The position numbers were made by a program, and so were the translations under genes. The notes below the pieces were generated by a model. It saw nothing but the letters and a program-made list of their open reading frames with translations. It made no database searches and was not told the origin of the DNA. From assembly GCA_963717365.1 (NCBI GenBank), contig OY970327.1:459599-523598 (forward strand): a stretch of 64,000 bases of DNA. The letters are read 5' to 3'. Origin of the DNA: Candidatus Saccharimonadia bacterium. GTDB taxonomy: Bacteria > Patescibacteriota > Saccharimonadia > Saccharimonadales > 2-12-FULL-41-12. Positions 1 through 8,013 of the stretch are shown here, in pieces; position 1 is the stretch's first letter, and each line of letters starts with the position of its first letter.

Positions 1-520
1 TAGATACTAATCTCATCAGCCTCGACTTAGCGGGGCTTGCCTCATCAAAAGATAGTCTTGATAATAAAGCTAAGGAATTCATCAGCAACATTACTTCACA
101 GTGGCAGATAAGCAGCGATCTTTTGAATGAAAGACTAGTATCATACGTTCGCTTAAGGTATGGCATTTCTTAAAAAATTTTGCGTGAGCACTAAGTACAG
201 AAAACAAGAAAGCAAAAGAGAAGGTGGGGGTTATTCTTCGTATAAATAGCGAGCAAGTCGCACAAGTCCTTGTACAACACGCAATAAACCTTGGTAGTCA
301 TCGCACAATATTCGACATTGTGCAACGCCTAGCCACACCACCTTACCTAAAAAAGTAGGGGGGTACCCCCCTACTCGCATAGAGACACAGCAGGTGTTTT
401 GGGCTTCGACCTCTGTTAGCTTATTATTTTGATTAGTTTATTTTTACGCCCAAAGTCCATGATTTCTAATTCATAGTTGCGAAGTGTGTCCAGTATGGGG
501 AGCCATGCTGTACTAGATGA

Positions 521-552
521 AGTCAGAACCGTTAATTGGTTCTGACTTTTTA
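521..552 (+). terminator. Rho-independent terminator-like hairpin
   Basis: AGTCAGAACC (521-530) pairs with GGTTCTGACT (538-547) around a 7-nt loop, followed by a T-run at 547-551. Confidence 0.6.
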
Positions 553-641
553 TATACCCGAAGTGGAATTGAAACCAACCACAATGTCTTTCTCTGATAT
601 AGTTAGATTACAAAAATAAACTTAAGATATAAGGAGAACGA

Positions 642-1130
642 ATGCGAAAAGTAGTAACATTTTTTTGGATGAATGATCGAGCAGATGAAGCAGTAAATCT
701 ATATGTATCGCTGTTTGAAGATGCGAAAATTATACGGACATCATACGTAACTGAGGCTGTTGCTGAAGCGGCAGGAATTGAAGCAGGATCAGTATCATCA
801 GTAGATTTTGAACTGAATGGGCAAAACTTCACAGTCCTAAATGGTGGCCCTATGTATAAGTTAAGTGAAGCAGCTTCGATAGCTGTAAGTTGCAAAGATC
901 AAGAAGAAATTGATATGCTCTGGAACGCACTATCAGAAGACGGTCAAGTGATGTCTTGTGGCTGGGTTACTGACAAGTACAACGTAACGTGGCAGATCAT
1001 GCCTGAAAGTCTAGATGCGATGATGAGTGATCCAGACACAGCTAAAGCCGAGCGAGTTAGCACCGCTATGCTTAGCATGGATGGCAAATTAGATTTAAGC
1101 GCACTTGAAAAAGCCTACCGAGGCGAATGA
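642..1130 (+). CDS. VOC-superfamily protein, PhnB/YjdN-like (3-demethylubiquinone-9 3-methyltransferase-domain family)
   Basis: 162-aa ORF with SD TAAGGAG about 6 nt upstream. The C-terminal CGWVTDKYNVTWQI motif is typical of this family. Confidence 0.65.
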   Translation: MRKVVTFFWMNDRADEAVNLYVSLFEDAKIIRTSYVTEAVAEAAGIEAGSVSSVDFELNGQNFTVLNGGPMYKLSEAASIAVSCKDQEEIDMLWNALSEDGQVMSCGWVTDKYNVTWQIMPESLDAMMSDPDTAKAERVSTAMLSMDGKLDLSALEKAYRGE

Positions 1131-1141
1131 GGAGAAGTTTT

Positions 1142-1528
1142 ATGGAGATGAAGATTGAAGTCATAATGCTGCCTGTTCATGATATTGATGTAAGTATTGA
1201 TTTTTACAAAAATAAATTGGGTTTTAATCTCGATCATGACGTACAGCCTGGAAATGGTATGCGAGTTGTCCAACTTACACCTAAAGGCTCGGGTTGCTCC
1301 ATCGTATTTGGTATGGGTATGGGCGAATTATCTGAGCCTGGTTCAATAAAAAATACTCATCTCGTTGTAGCTGACATTGAAGACACAAGAAACAAATTAG
1401 CTGCAAACGAAGTTAGTATTAGTGAGATCAATGGTATGGGGGGCGTAAAATACGCCTACTTTGAGGATCCTGACGGGAATACTTGGACCCTTCAACAAGT
1501 TAATAAAGACGCCAAACTTAGCAAGTAA
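1142..1528 (+). CDS. Glyoxalase/bleomycin-resistance (VOC) family protein
   Basis: Sequence VHDIDVSIDFYKNKLGF...YFEDPDGNTW matches the glyoxalase fold signature. I chose ATG 1142 after SD GAGGAG (1129-1134) rather than the track start at 1127. Confidence 0.65.
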   Translation: MEMKIEVIMLPVHDIDVSIDFYKNKLGFNLDHDVQPGNGMRVVQLTPKGSGCSIVFGMGMGELSEPGSIKNTHLVVADIEDTRNKLAANEVSISEINGMGGVKYAYFEDPDGNTWTLQQVNKDAKLSK

Positions 1529-1695
1529 GAAAGTTATATAAATGTATAATCACTTTGAATAGTGCTTATAGCTTCCTTCATACCGGATTTCTAAACCCTA
1601 TTATATGAAATCAGTACTTTCATTTGGTTACGGCTTTTTATAAAAGCAGAATAGAATTGAAACCATGGTAACAACTTCTTTGTTACAATTCCTAT

Positions 1696-2469
1696 ATGCC
1701 TAAAATTACATCCAAAGATGGAACGACAATTGCTTACAATAAAAAAGGACAAGGACCTTTAGTTATTCTGGTACTTGGAGCACTAAATAGGCGAAGCCAA
1801 GGTAAGAAGTTAACAGAGTTACTATCGGATAGCTTTACGGTCGTAGCCTATGACCGTCGAGGCCGAGGAGAGAGTACAGACACTCAGCCGTACTCCACAT
1901 ATAAGGAAGTAGAGGATATTAAAGCACTCATCGACACTCATTGCGGCAACGCATTCTTATATGGTCATTCTTCTGGCTGTATACTAGCCTTGATGGCAGC
2001 CATCAAATTAGACAAGCAGGTTAACGCCTTAGCATTATATGAATTACCTTATAATTATGATCCTTCCTCACAAATAGAATCACAAGCATACAGAAAAAAG
2101 CTTGCACAGTTTCTTGATGAAGATAAAACCGGTGAAGCCGTAACTTTATTTGTTAAGTCAGTCGGCGTAACCGATAAGCAGATCGCAGCGATGCAGCGCC
2201 TTCCAATGTGGAAAGGCCTAACAGCAATGGCACCTACACTTGCTTACGACACTATTGCACTCATAGAACAGTACCCGACGTTAGATACCAAAGATATTTA
2301 TGCAAAGACACTTTTACTGTACGGTGCCAAAAGTCCGTCATTTATGAGCGATACCGCAAAAAAGCTGTCAAATTCTATGCAAGATGCAAAATTGGAATCA
2401 TTAGAAGGGCAAACTCATGATGTTAAAGCAGATGCTCTCGCGCCAATCTTGTCTGATTTCTTTAACTAA
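1696..2469 (+). CDS. Alpha/beta-hydrolase fold protein
   Basis: 257 aa with nucleophile elbow GHSSG (LYGHSSGCILAL) and an HG-like N-terminal strand. TGT-TACAAT lies 10 nt upstream of the ATG. Confidence 0.7.
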   Translation: MPKITSKDGTTIAYNKKGQGPLVILVLGALNRRSQGKKLTELLSDSFTVVAYDRRGRGESTDTQPYSTYKEVEDIKALIDTHCGNAFLYGHSSGCILALMAAIKLDKQVNALALYELPYNYDPSSQIESQAYRKKLAQFLDEDKTGEAVTLFVKSVGVTDKQIAAMQRLPMWKGLTAMAPTLAYDTIALIEQYPTLDTKDIYAKTLLLYGAKSPSFMSDTAKKLSNSMQDAKLESLEGQTHDVKADALAPILSDFFN

Positions 2470-2540
2470 ATACCTAATTATTCATATAAAGACTACTACT
2501 TGCAGTTCTAAAAAGTTTGAAAATCACGCTTAATAACGGT

Positions 2541-2607
2541 TATAACTTCCTCTACCGTGGTGAGCCAAACATTTACAAATACCTTTTATGTGGTATTCTT
2601 GTTTATT
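2541..2607 (+). promoter_or_regulatory. Cassette promoter module copy 1 (upstream GTGAGCC motif, -35, palindrome/extended -10, leaderless ATG)
   Basis: TATAACTTCCTCTACCGTGGTGAGCC at 2541-2566, -35 TTTACA at 2572-2577, ATACC..TGGTAT with -10 TATTCT at 2594-2599, and ATG at 2608. Confidence 0.6.
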
Positions 2608-2835
2608 ATGAGTAGTTCTGAAAAATTTCCTGAGCCTAGAATAAGCATTCCAGAGAATAGCGATGCTTTTAAGGACTGGGAAAGACGACGTGATGCTGGC
2701 GAATTAGAGCAGGCGCCCTCAGAAAGCACTTTACCTACTGATATGCCTGAGATTCGAATAGGTATTCCAGAGAATAGCGATGCTTTCAAAGAGTGGGGAA
2801 AAAACCGAGATACTAATAATCATCCTAACTCGTAA
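2608..2835 (+). CDS. Small hypothetical protein with internal IPENSDAFK(D/E)W repeat
   Basis: In-frame ATG 8 nt after the -10 box. The track start at 2557 reads through the promoter module and is unlikely to be real. A 23-nt exact internal DNA repeat is present (2647-2669 and 2764-2786). Confidence 0.5.
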   Translation: MSSSEKFPEPRISIPENSDAFKDWERRRDAGELEQAPSESTLPTDMPEIRIGIPENSDAFKEWGKNRDTNNHPNS

Positions 2836-2860
2836 TCGCTAAATCCTTGCTTAATAGTAG

Positions 2861-2927
2861 CTATAACTTCCGCTATTGTGGTGAGCCAGATTTTGACAGG
2901 TTACCACTTTTGTAATATTTTTGTTTT
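2861..2927 (+). promoter_or_regulatory. Cassette promoter module copy 2
   Basis: CTATAACTTCCGCTATTGTGGTGAGCC at 2861-2887, -35 TTGACA at 2893-2898, a 17-nt spacer containing TTACCACTTTTGTAAT, -10 TATTTT at 2916-2921, and ATG at 2928 (6-nt gap). Confidence 0.65.
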
Positions 2928-3152
2928 ATGGAAATCAATAAAGAGCAAGTCTCTGAACTAGCCGACGCTTTTGAAGCTCTAATGCACCCCTTAAAGACAT
3001 TTAGGGTTGCGCGTGTAGGTACCACAGTTCTGGCATTAAGCGGAGCCGCAGAATTTGTAAATTTTGTGAGCTTTACAATTGGTGAAAGGGATGTAAGCGA
3101 CTTCACTTCTGCGTCAGAGATCCTTTTAGCCGGAGTTGCAATTGGGGTTTAA
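2928..3152 (+). CDS. Small hypothetical protein (74 aa)
   Basis: ORF starting exactly 6 nt after the -10 box. No recognisable domain. Confidence 0.5.
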   Translation: MEINKEQVSELADAFEALMHPLKTFRVARVGTTVLALSGAAEFVNFVSFTIGERDVSDFTSASEILLAGVAIGV

Positions 3153-3230
3153 GAATCGCGGGAAACCTTAGGCGCCAACGAGCCGAAGAACAACAGGCGT
3201 CGCGATCATCCGCACTTATAGTTCAAGGTA

Positions 3231-3288
3231 AGTCCATTAGCGGTAGCCATATATTGACTAATTACCACTTTTGTGGTATTTTTCTTTT
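3231..3288 (+). promoter_or_regulatory. Cassette promoter module copy 3
   Basis: TCCATTAGCGGTAGCC, -35 TTGACT at 3254-3259, a 17-nt spacer with ATTACCACTTTTGTGG, -10 TATTTT at 3277-3282, and ATG at 3289. Confidence 0.7.
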
Positions 3289-3732
3289 ATGGAATTTTTA
3301 TCAAGCTTAGATGGATCGATTATCCCAGATCCAAGCCAGTCACCTACAAGAGAGCAGCTTGAAAGAACTCAGGCAGCAATGGAATTCTTTAAAGGCAATG
3401 CCGAGCGGGTAAGGCATTTCACGCAAAGAGTTGAAGAATTAGGACGTACTGGCGAAGATACTGTAATTACCCTAATAGATGTGGATGACCGAGTAGGCAA
3501 AGTACTCGCAGATATGTTAATGCCTGGGCACGATTGGCAAAGGTATCGTGATGCAGGCGAAATCCCAGTCGCTAGAGGATTGGCTGCAAAAGATGGAATT
3601 CCAGAATTTTTAAAGGATGCTGGTTATGAGTTGGCAGCTAACGAACTTTTAGCAACCAACGATCTGAGGGTGGTTGTATTAAATTCAGGGGTCGCTCTAG
3701 TATTAGATGTAGAGTTTAGCGGGCAAAAATAG
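3289..3732 (+). CDS. Hypothetical protein (147 aa)
   Basis: The ORF track starts at TTG 3271, which is inside the promoter palindrome. ATG 3289 fits the leaderless pattern. No domain recognised. Confidence 0.55.
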   Translation: MEFLSSLDGSIIPDPSQSPTREQLERTQAAMEFFKGNAERVRHFTQRVEELGRTGEDTVITLIDVDDRVGKVLADMLMPGHDWQRYRDAGEIPVARGLAAKDGIPEFLKDAGYELAANELLATNDLRVVVLNSGVALVLDVEFSGQK

Positions 3733-4051
3733 TTGCGAAGTACATCCGCTAATCTGACACCAATCTCCTGAGTTAGCGGGCAAAATCTAGTTTTATTGCA
3801 ATAAACTTCCTCTATTACGGTGAGCCGATTTCCATTATTGGAACAAAAGGCCATCGTATCGAATGGCTTTTTTAGTTCCCACCGAAGTAAATCACTCTCA
3901 AGCTGTAAGTTCGAAAGCACCATATTGATAAGTGATCGTTTTGTGAGGTAGGGAGATAGAGAAATGACAGCCCTGTCAGAAAGTTATCTTTGTTGGTTAA
4001 TATTTAATATCAACTTGCACAAGCGTTGCAATCAGAGGATAATCTGGTCAA

Positions 4052-4660
4052 ATGAATAGCTTAATACGATCAGTCTGGAACATAGTTAAGATCTTGTGTA
4101 AGAGCAGGACATTTACATTGGCATTCATGAGCGCCGTAGCTTTGTCCGTCTTCGGATTAATAATTAGATACCGGGTAGCTGGAGATAATATAGCAGAACC
4201 AGCCCAGACAGTACTTATATCGCTTACGACAACTCTTTATGCCTATATTACTGGGCTATTCACAGGAATCGTCTACAGATATAAGAAATATGCTGATATG
4301 GCAGGTACATACACGGGTTACGCATATAAAAACGAAGACGACGTGGGAAATATAGACTTTTACCAGATAAAAGGTGACCCCCAGTCGGTTGCAATACTGG
4401 ATTATGTCGGCGGAACTGATTTTAGAATTCAAGTAAGCATTAATTACCCACCTGAGCTAAATGATTTAGTCTGGGTTGGTGACTTCACAATAACTTCATC
4501 GAATACGGCATCAATCGGTTGGTGGTATACAAATGACCGCGTTAAATACGAGATAGGCCATAAGCGAGCAGTTCTTATAAATGATATTATAGTTTTATTC
4601 TCTGATGGCACGTCTATTCATGGCCGAGAAGTATTTATCAAAGACAAAAAATTAAATTAA
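4052..4660 (+). CDS. Hypothetical membrane protein (two predicted TM helices plus a C-terminal soluble domain)
   Basis: 202 aa with hydrophobic stretches FTLAFMSAVALSVFGLII and VLISLTTTLYAYITGLFTGIV. No cassette module lies upstream. Confidence 0.5.
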   Translation: MNSLIRSVWNIVKILCKSRTFTLAFMSAVALSVFGLIIRYRVAGDNIAEPAQTVLISLTTTLYAYITGLFTGIVYRYKKYADMAGTYTGYAYKNEDDVGNIDFYQIKGDPQSVAILDYVGGTDFRIQVSINYPPELNDLVWVGDFTITSSNTASIGWWYTNDRVKYEIGHKRAVLINDIIVLFSDGTSIHGREVFIKDKKLN

Positions 4661-4700
4661 TTTGCTAATAATATTTAGGATAGTTACAAAAATACATTCA

Positions 4701-4774
4701 ATAGTGAGAGCGGAAGCATTTACAAATATCACTTTTTGTGGTATTCTTGCTGTATCTACAAATAAGGAGACACT
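4701..4774 (+). promoter_or_regulatory. Cassette promoter module copy 4 (this copy has a leader with SD)
   Basis: ATAGTGAGAGCGGAAGC, -35 TTTACA at 4719-4724, a 17-nt spacer ATATCACTTTTTGTGG, -10 TATTCT at 4742-4747, then SD AAGGAG at 4764-4769 and ATG at 4775. Confidence 0.6.
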
Positions 4775-5056
4775 ATGCCAGTTAGTATTCATGAACAAAT
4801 TGGTACGCGTACAGTCAGTCAAATGGATCAGTTGGCAATGCAACTTGGCGTTGAACTGGAAAATATGCCAGCCTTCGCAGCCGGCAGGAATACTGCTGGC
4901 TGGGTATTCGCAGATCAAGATGTACCCGACGACTTATCCGAGGTAATAACAGTCATCAGAGAACAGGCTACCAGCACTCCATTTGGCGGCCATGTTGATC
5001 GACCAGAGTTTATCTTAGGCTCGGTCATGGCCGCTTTTGCAATCAGAACTCGATAG
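4775..5056 (+). CDS. Hypothetical protein (93 aa)
   Basis: ORF with a good SD. Overlapping ORFs in other frames (4652-4918 minus, 4662-4946 plus) have odd composition and no start signals. Confidence 0.55.
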   Translation: MPVSIHEQIGTRTVSQMDQLAMQLGVELENMPAFAAGRNTAGWVFADQDVPDDLSEVITVIREQATSTPFGGHVDRPEFILGSVMAAFAIRTR

Positions 5057-5067
5057 AACTGCACCCC

Positions 5068-5145
5068 AGTTGCAAAGTACGTTCACTAGCGGGAGCCGAT
5101 CATAAGCAATATGAAAATACCATATTTAGTGGTATTTTTAGTTTT
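5068..5145 (+). promoter_or_regulatory. Cassette junction motif plus promoter module copy 5
   Basis: AGTTGCAAAGTACGTTCACTAGCGGGAGCC at 5068-5097, ATACCATATTTAGTGGTAT with -10 TATTTT at 5133-5138, and ATG at 5146. The -35 is weak. Confidence 0.55.
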
Positions 5146-5493
5146 ATGGAAAAGCGACTTACCCTTGGTATGTACGGTGGAGAATTTAAAAGAGCGCCAC
5201 ACGATTCCACGCTTTTCAATTTACGAACAAGTCAATTTCGAGAAAGTCTTGGCGAAGAAAAACGACTAGTAAAAAATGCTGGCTGGTACAACGCAGATGG
5301 GCATAAACTGGGTTGGGGAGACTTAGGACCTCAAGACATCAAATCAGTATGCTCCGGACTAAATGAGAGTGAGATATTTGTCGTCCTTAACGAGGATGAT
5401 TCATTTCACGAGTTTGTAGAAGGGCACGATGCGTTAAGCGGAATCGGTTCACTTGCGAACGTCGACTCAACCGCGGAATATCTGCCGAGCTGA
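5146..5493 (+). CDS. Hypothetical protein (115 aa)
   Basis: ORF starting 7 nt after the -10 box. No domain recognised. Confidence 0.55.
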   Translation: MEKRLTLGMYGGEFKRAPHDSTLFNLRTSQFRESLGEEKRLVKNAGWYNADGHKLGWGDLGPQDIKSVCSGLNESEIFVVLNEDDSFHEFVEGHDALSGIGSLANVDSTAEYLPS

Positions 5494-5499
5494 GCCTAC

Positions 5500-5688
5500 G
5501 TGGCAGGTAAAGCTGTTCTCGCCTTAGTGTCAGGCAAAATGATAGATACAGGCAAATACGGGACAGTTAAGGCATTTCACGATTTATACCCTGGATATTA
5601 TCCTGAATTAGAGATTGTCCAGCAAGCAGAGCTTGAGCTTTACCTAACACTGGAAAATCTTGCGCATCAGCAAAGTAAAGTTGCATAG
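5500..5688 (+). CDS. Hypothetical small protein (62 aa, GTG start)
   Basis: ORF starting 7 nt after the upstream stop, so possibly translationally coupled. Its 3' end overlaps junction motif copy 5679-5708. Confidence 0.35.
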   Translation: MAGKAVLALVSGKMIDTGKYGTVKAFHDLYPGYYPELEIVQQAELELYLTLENLAHQQSKVA

Positions 5689-5754
5689 CGTATCCACTAG
5701 CGAGAGCCGCGGCTTGGCAAATACCACTTTTGTGGTATTTTGTGTATGAGCTAG
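5679..5754 (+). promoter_or_regulatory. Cassette junction motif plus promoter module copy 6, orphan (drives only ATG-AGC-TAG)
   Basis: AGTTGCATAGCGTATCCACTAGCGAGAGCC at 5679-5708, -35 TTGGCA at 5714-5719, perfect ATACCACTTTTGTGGTAT, -10 TATTTT at 5736-5741, then ATG AGC TAG at 5746-5754. Confidence 0.55.
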
Positions 5755-5758
5755 TTAT

Positions 5759-6070
5759 TTATGATGACTTTTTAGATTGCTTATCGAGCGCCCAGCGCAC
5801 CGAAGGGCTAATTGACTTGTCTGGGCGGTGAATGCAACCGATCCAGCAACAGGGACGGCGTTTTCCTTCGAGAAGTTCTTCGCACGATCTTTGGATGCGA
5901 CGATTTCTAGTTTCAATTTGTTTGGCATTCTTAACCCAGCAGATAAATTCATTACGCGCGAGCGGGGTAATGTCTCCCCATTGAGCGAGCACTTTTGGAT
6001 CAGCAACCAGCGCTTTGCGTAGATCGGCGGGCATTTTGTGTACTGTGCCGCCAAATATTTTTGTAGCCAT
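5759..6070 (-). CDS. YdeI/OmdA-family (bacteriocin-protection-like) protein
   Basis: 103 aa. ARNEFICWVKNAKQIETRNRRI...GKRRPCCW matches the C-terminal signature of that family as I recall it. The alternative 149-aa ORF 5755-6204 in another frame looks spurious. Confidence 0.6.
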   Translation of the reverse strand: MATKIFGGTVHKMPADLRKALVADPKVLAQWGDITPLARNEFICWVKNAKQIETRNRRIQRSCEELLEGKRRPCCWIGCIHRPDKSISPSVRWALDKQSKKSS

Positions 6071-6168
6071 GTATTTATTTTACATGTTTTGGTAACTAGG
6101 AAGAAATGCCTGGGACGGGAATTTCTAACGAAAATTTGGAAGTCTTTTTGTTTTGGTATAGTTAGAGC

Positions 6169-6582
6169 ATGATAAGAAGTTATCGAGATTCTGATTATGA
6201 CCAATTGAAGAATTTATATTTACATCCGGAGTGGTACGGAGGTGTATTTGACGAAAGTCGTGACGGGAGAGAACGACTAGCGGCTAAAATACAATCTGAT
6301 TCCGAAGCCATTATAGTGTATGAAGATGATTCAACTATTCTCGGCACTGTATCGATCATTGAAGATGGAAGAGTTGCTATGTTGTATCGTTTTATTACCA
6401 GCCCTGAAAACCACGATATGGCGAAGAAACTCTATGCTGCTGCGACCAAAGTGTTAAAAAAACGCGGCCATACTGAGGTTTTAGTATATTCCGCGATTAA
6501 TAATCCTGTTTTAGACAAGAAGTATATGCAATTAGGGATGATCAAAGGCAGTGATTATAGGTGTTTTTGGGCAAGTTTGTAA
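6169..6582 (+). CDS. GNAT-like N-acetyltransferase (tentative)
   Basis: 137 aa of GNAT-like size and pattern (IRSYRDSDYDQL...GHTEVLVY). Leaderless-type promoter TGG-TATAGT at 6157-6162, 6 nt before the ATG. Confidence 0.45.
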   Translation: MIRSYRDSDYDQLKNLYLHPEWYGGVFDESRDGRERLAAKIQSDSEAIIVYEDDSTILGTVSIIEDGRVAMLYRFITSPENHDMAKKLYAAATKVLKKRGHTEVLVYSAINNPVLDKKYMQLGMIKGSDYRCFWASL

Positions 6583-6610
6583 ATTATTGTAGTACAAAAC
6601 TTGCTTATAT

Positions 6611-6659
6611 GAGTAGCCAGTACATTGACGAATCACTACTTTTGTGATATTAATTACTT
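6611..6659 (+). promoter_or_regulatory. Cassette promoter module copy 7
   Basis: GAGTAGCCAG, -35 TTGACG at 6625-6630, 17-nt spacer AATCACTACTTTTGTGA, -10 TATTAA at 6648-6653, and ATG at 6660. Confidence 0.6.
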
Positions 6660-6983
6660 ATGAAAGAAATAGCTTCAGAGTTATGGGAAGTCTTAGTGCC
6701 AGCTTCAAACAATAATGGTGATGAATTTACTGTTGTGCACCACCAGCTTTGGGATGAAGAAGTGCGACTGATAACTGGCGGACTTACCATAATGCGCACC
6801 GCCAAGGGACGATGGGAAGATTCTCAAGGAAATCTATTTGCCGAGACGGTGATACCCGTAAGAGTTGCATGCGATGAAGAAAAAGTACGATCAATTATGG
6901 ATCTTACTCTGCGCCACTATGGCCAGCTAGCCGTGATGGCATACAGAATCAGTGATCAAGCCCTGATATTAGAAGCTGAATAG
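6660..6983 (+). CDS. Hypothetical protein (107 aa)
   Basis: ORF 6 nt after the -10 box. No domain recognised. Confidence 0.55.
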   Translation: MKEIASELWEVLVPASNNNGDEFTVVHHQLWDEEVRLITGGLTIMRTAKGRWEDSQGNLFAETVIPVRVACDEEKVRSIMDLTLRHYGQLAVMAYRISDQALILEAE

Positions 6984-7010
6984 CTTGCTACTATTGTTAT
7001 ACTTGTCATT

Positions 7011-7475
7011 ATGTTAGAAAAACTCAATATGACGATCAAACAGATCAGTAACGAAATTATTGATTTAAGTACTGCGCTTGCTCATAAAATGGAAAAGTGG
7101 AGCGACACCGCTACGCGCCCAAACGATCTAGACACTACAGAGTGTGTCGGCTTTATAAATAAGGAAACTGCTGTGGACGGCATACAGATTGTTGTTGACC
7201 TGCAGGCGCCACCTGATAATAATCAGGCGATTTTGCGTACTTGGGCTATTGATATTCAACGCGATAGCAATAATATTGAACGCTTTAATAACATTCAGTT
7301 AGAGTTTGCGATACGTTACGACCAAGCCCGCTCGGTCGCGCAAAAGGGCAGGGAAGTTACCCGTGAAGACATGAAAGCACTTTTAAATCTTAACGACACG
7401 AGCTTGATACACCTAGTAGTAAGTGATCAAGCTGGTGTTGGACGAGACAGGCGATCTACTTGGTCAGCGCTATGA
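7011..7475 (+). CDS. Hypothetical protein (154 aa)
   Basis: ORF only. Its last ~15 codons look non-protein-like, and an overlapping frame continues to 7584 (see findings). Confidence 0.45.
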   Translation: MLEKLNMTIKQISNEIIDLSTALAHKMEKWSDTATRPNDLDTTECVGFINKETAVDGIQIVVDLQAPPDNNQAILRTWAIDIQRDSNNIERFNNIQLEFAIRYDQARSVAQKGREVTREDMKALLNLNDTSLIHLVVSDQAGVGRDRRSTWSAL

Positions 7476-7696
7476 ATTGGACGTAAATCAGCTAAATCAA
7501 AACGAAGACGCACAAACAGAAATTGGCGAGACATTAAATGCGGTATTGTCCAAGCTACAACAGTCTGCTCAACGCGAATCATAAGCAAAAAATATGTACA
7601 TTCATGAAAGCCATTTCACTTATGCGTAAAGCTTTCATTTGTTGACAAAATTAAATAAAGATAGTACGGTTATCTCAATAGTTTAAGGAGAATGCA

Positions 7697-7942
7697 ATGC
7701 GGGAAGCATATAAAGTTGACATATTAAGCCCTGAAGAATGTGCAGAGTTGGTCCTTATTGAGCCGGAGGCAGTATATATCCATATGGCTAATGACAAAGT
7801 TCCCTATATTGATCGTCAAGACGGTACATACGCAATACCATTGGGAGGCTTTCTGGGTTCTTTAGAAGGTCTTCTTGATTTAAAACCTCAGTTAATTGAG
7901 CAAAATGAACGTATGCTAGCGCTCAACCTAGAAGAAGATTAG
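7697..7942 (+). CDS. Small HTH protein, excisionase/MerR-like (HTH_17-type) (tentative)
   Basis: 81 aa with SD TAAGGAG upstream. LSPEECAELVLIEPEAVYIHMANDKVPYIDRQDGTYAIPL resembles the Xis/AlpA-type pattern (LT.eEaA.lLgvs..tvyrl...g.lP..r.g....ip). Confidence 0.4.
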   Translation: MREAYKVDILSPEECAELVLIEPEAVYIHMANDKVPYIDRQDGTYAIPLGGFLGSLEGLLDLKPQLIEQNERMLALNLEED

Positions 7943-8013
7943 TGAGCTCCTGTGAAGAGTAGGGAAACTATTTGTTACCTATTGGTTGAGCTGTTTGGAG
8001 AAGGTTTATAATT

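Noticed and set aside
608-895. A minus-strand 95-aa ORF overlapping the VOC-family gene
   Set aside because: It is antisense to a gene with an SD and a family signature, and it has no start signals of its own.
5755-6204. A 149-aa minus-strand ORF overlapping the YdeI-like gene and the GNAT-like gene start
   Set aside because: It is in a different frame from the motif-bearing 103-aa ORF. It would also run across the divergent promoter region and the start of gene 6169.
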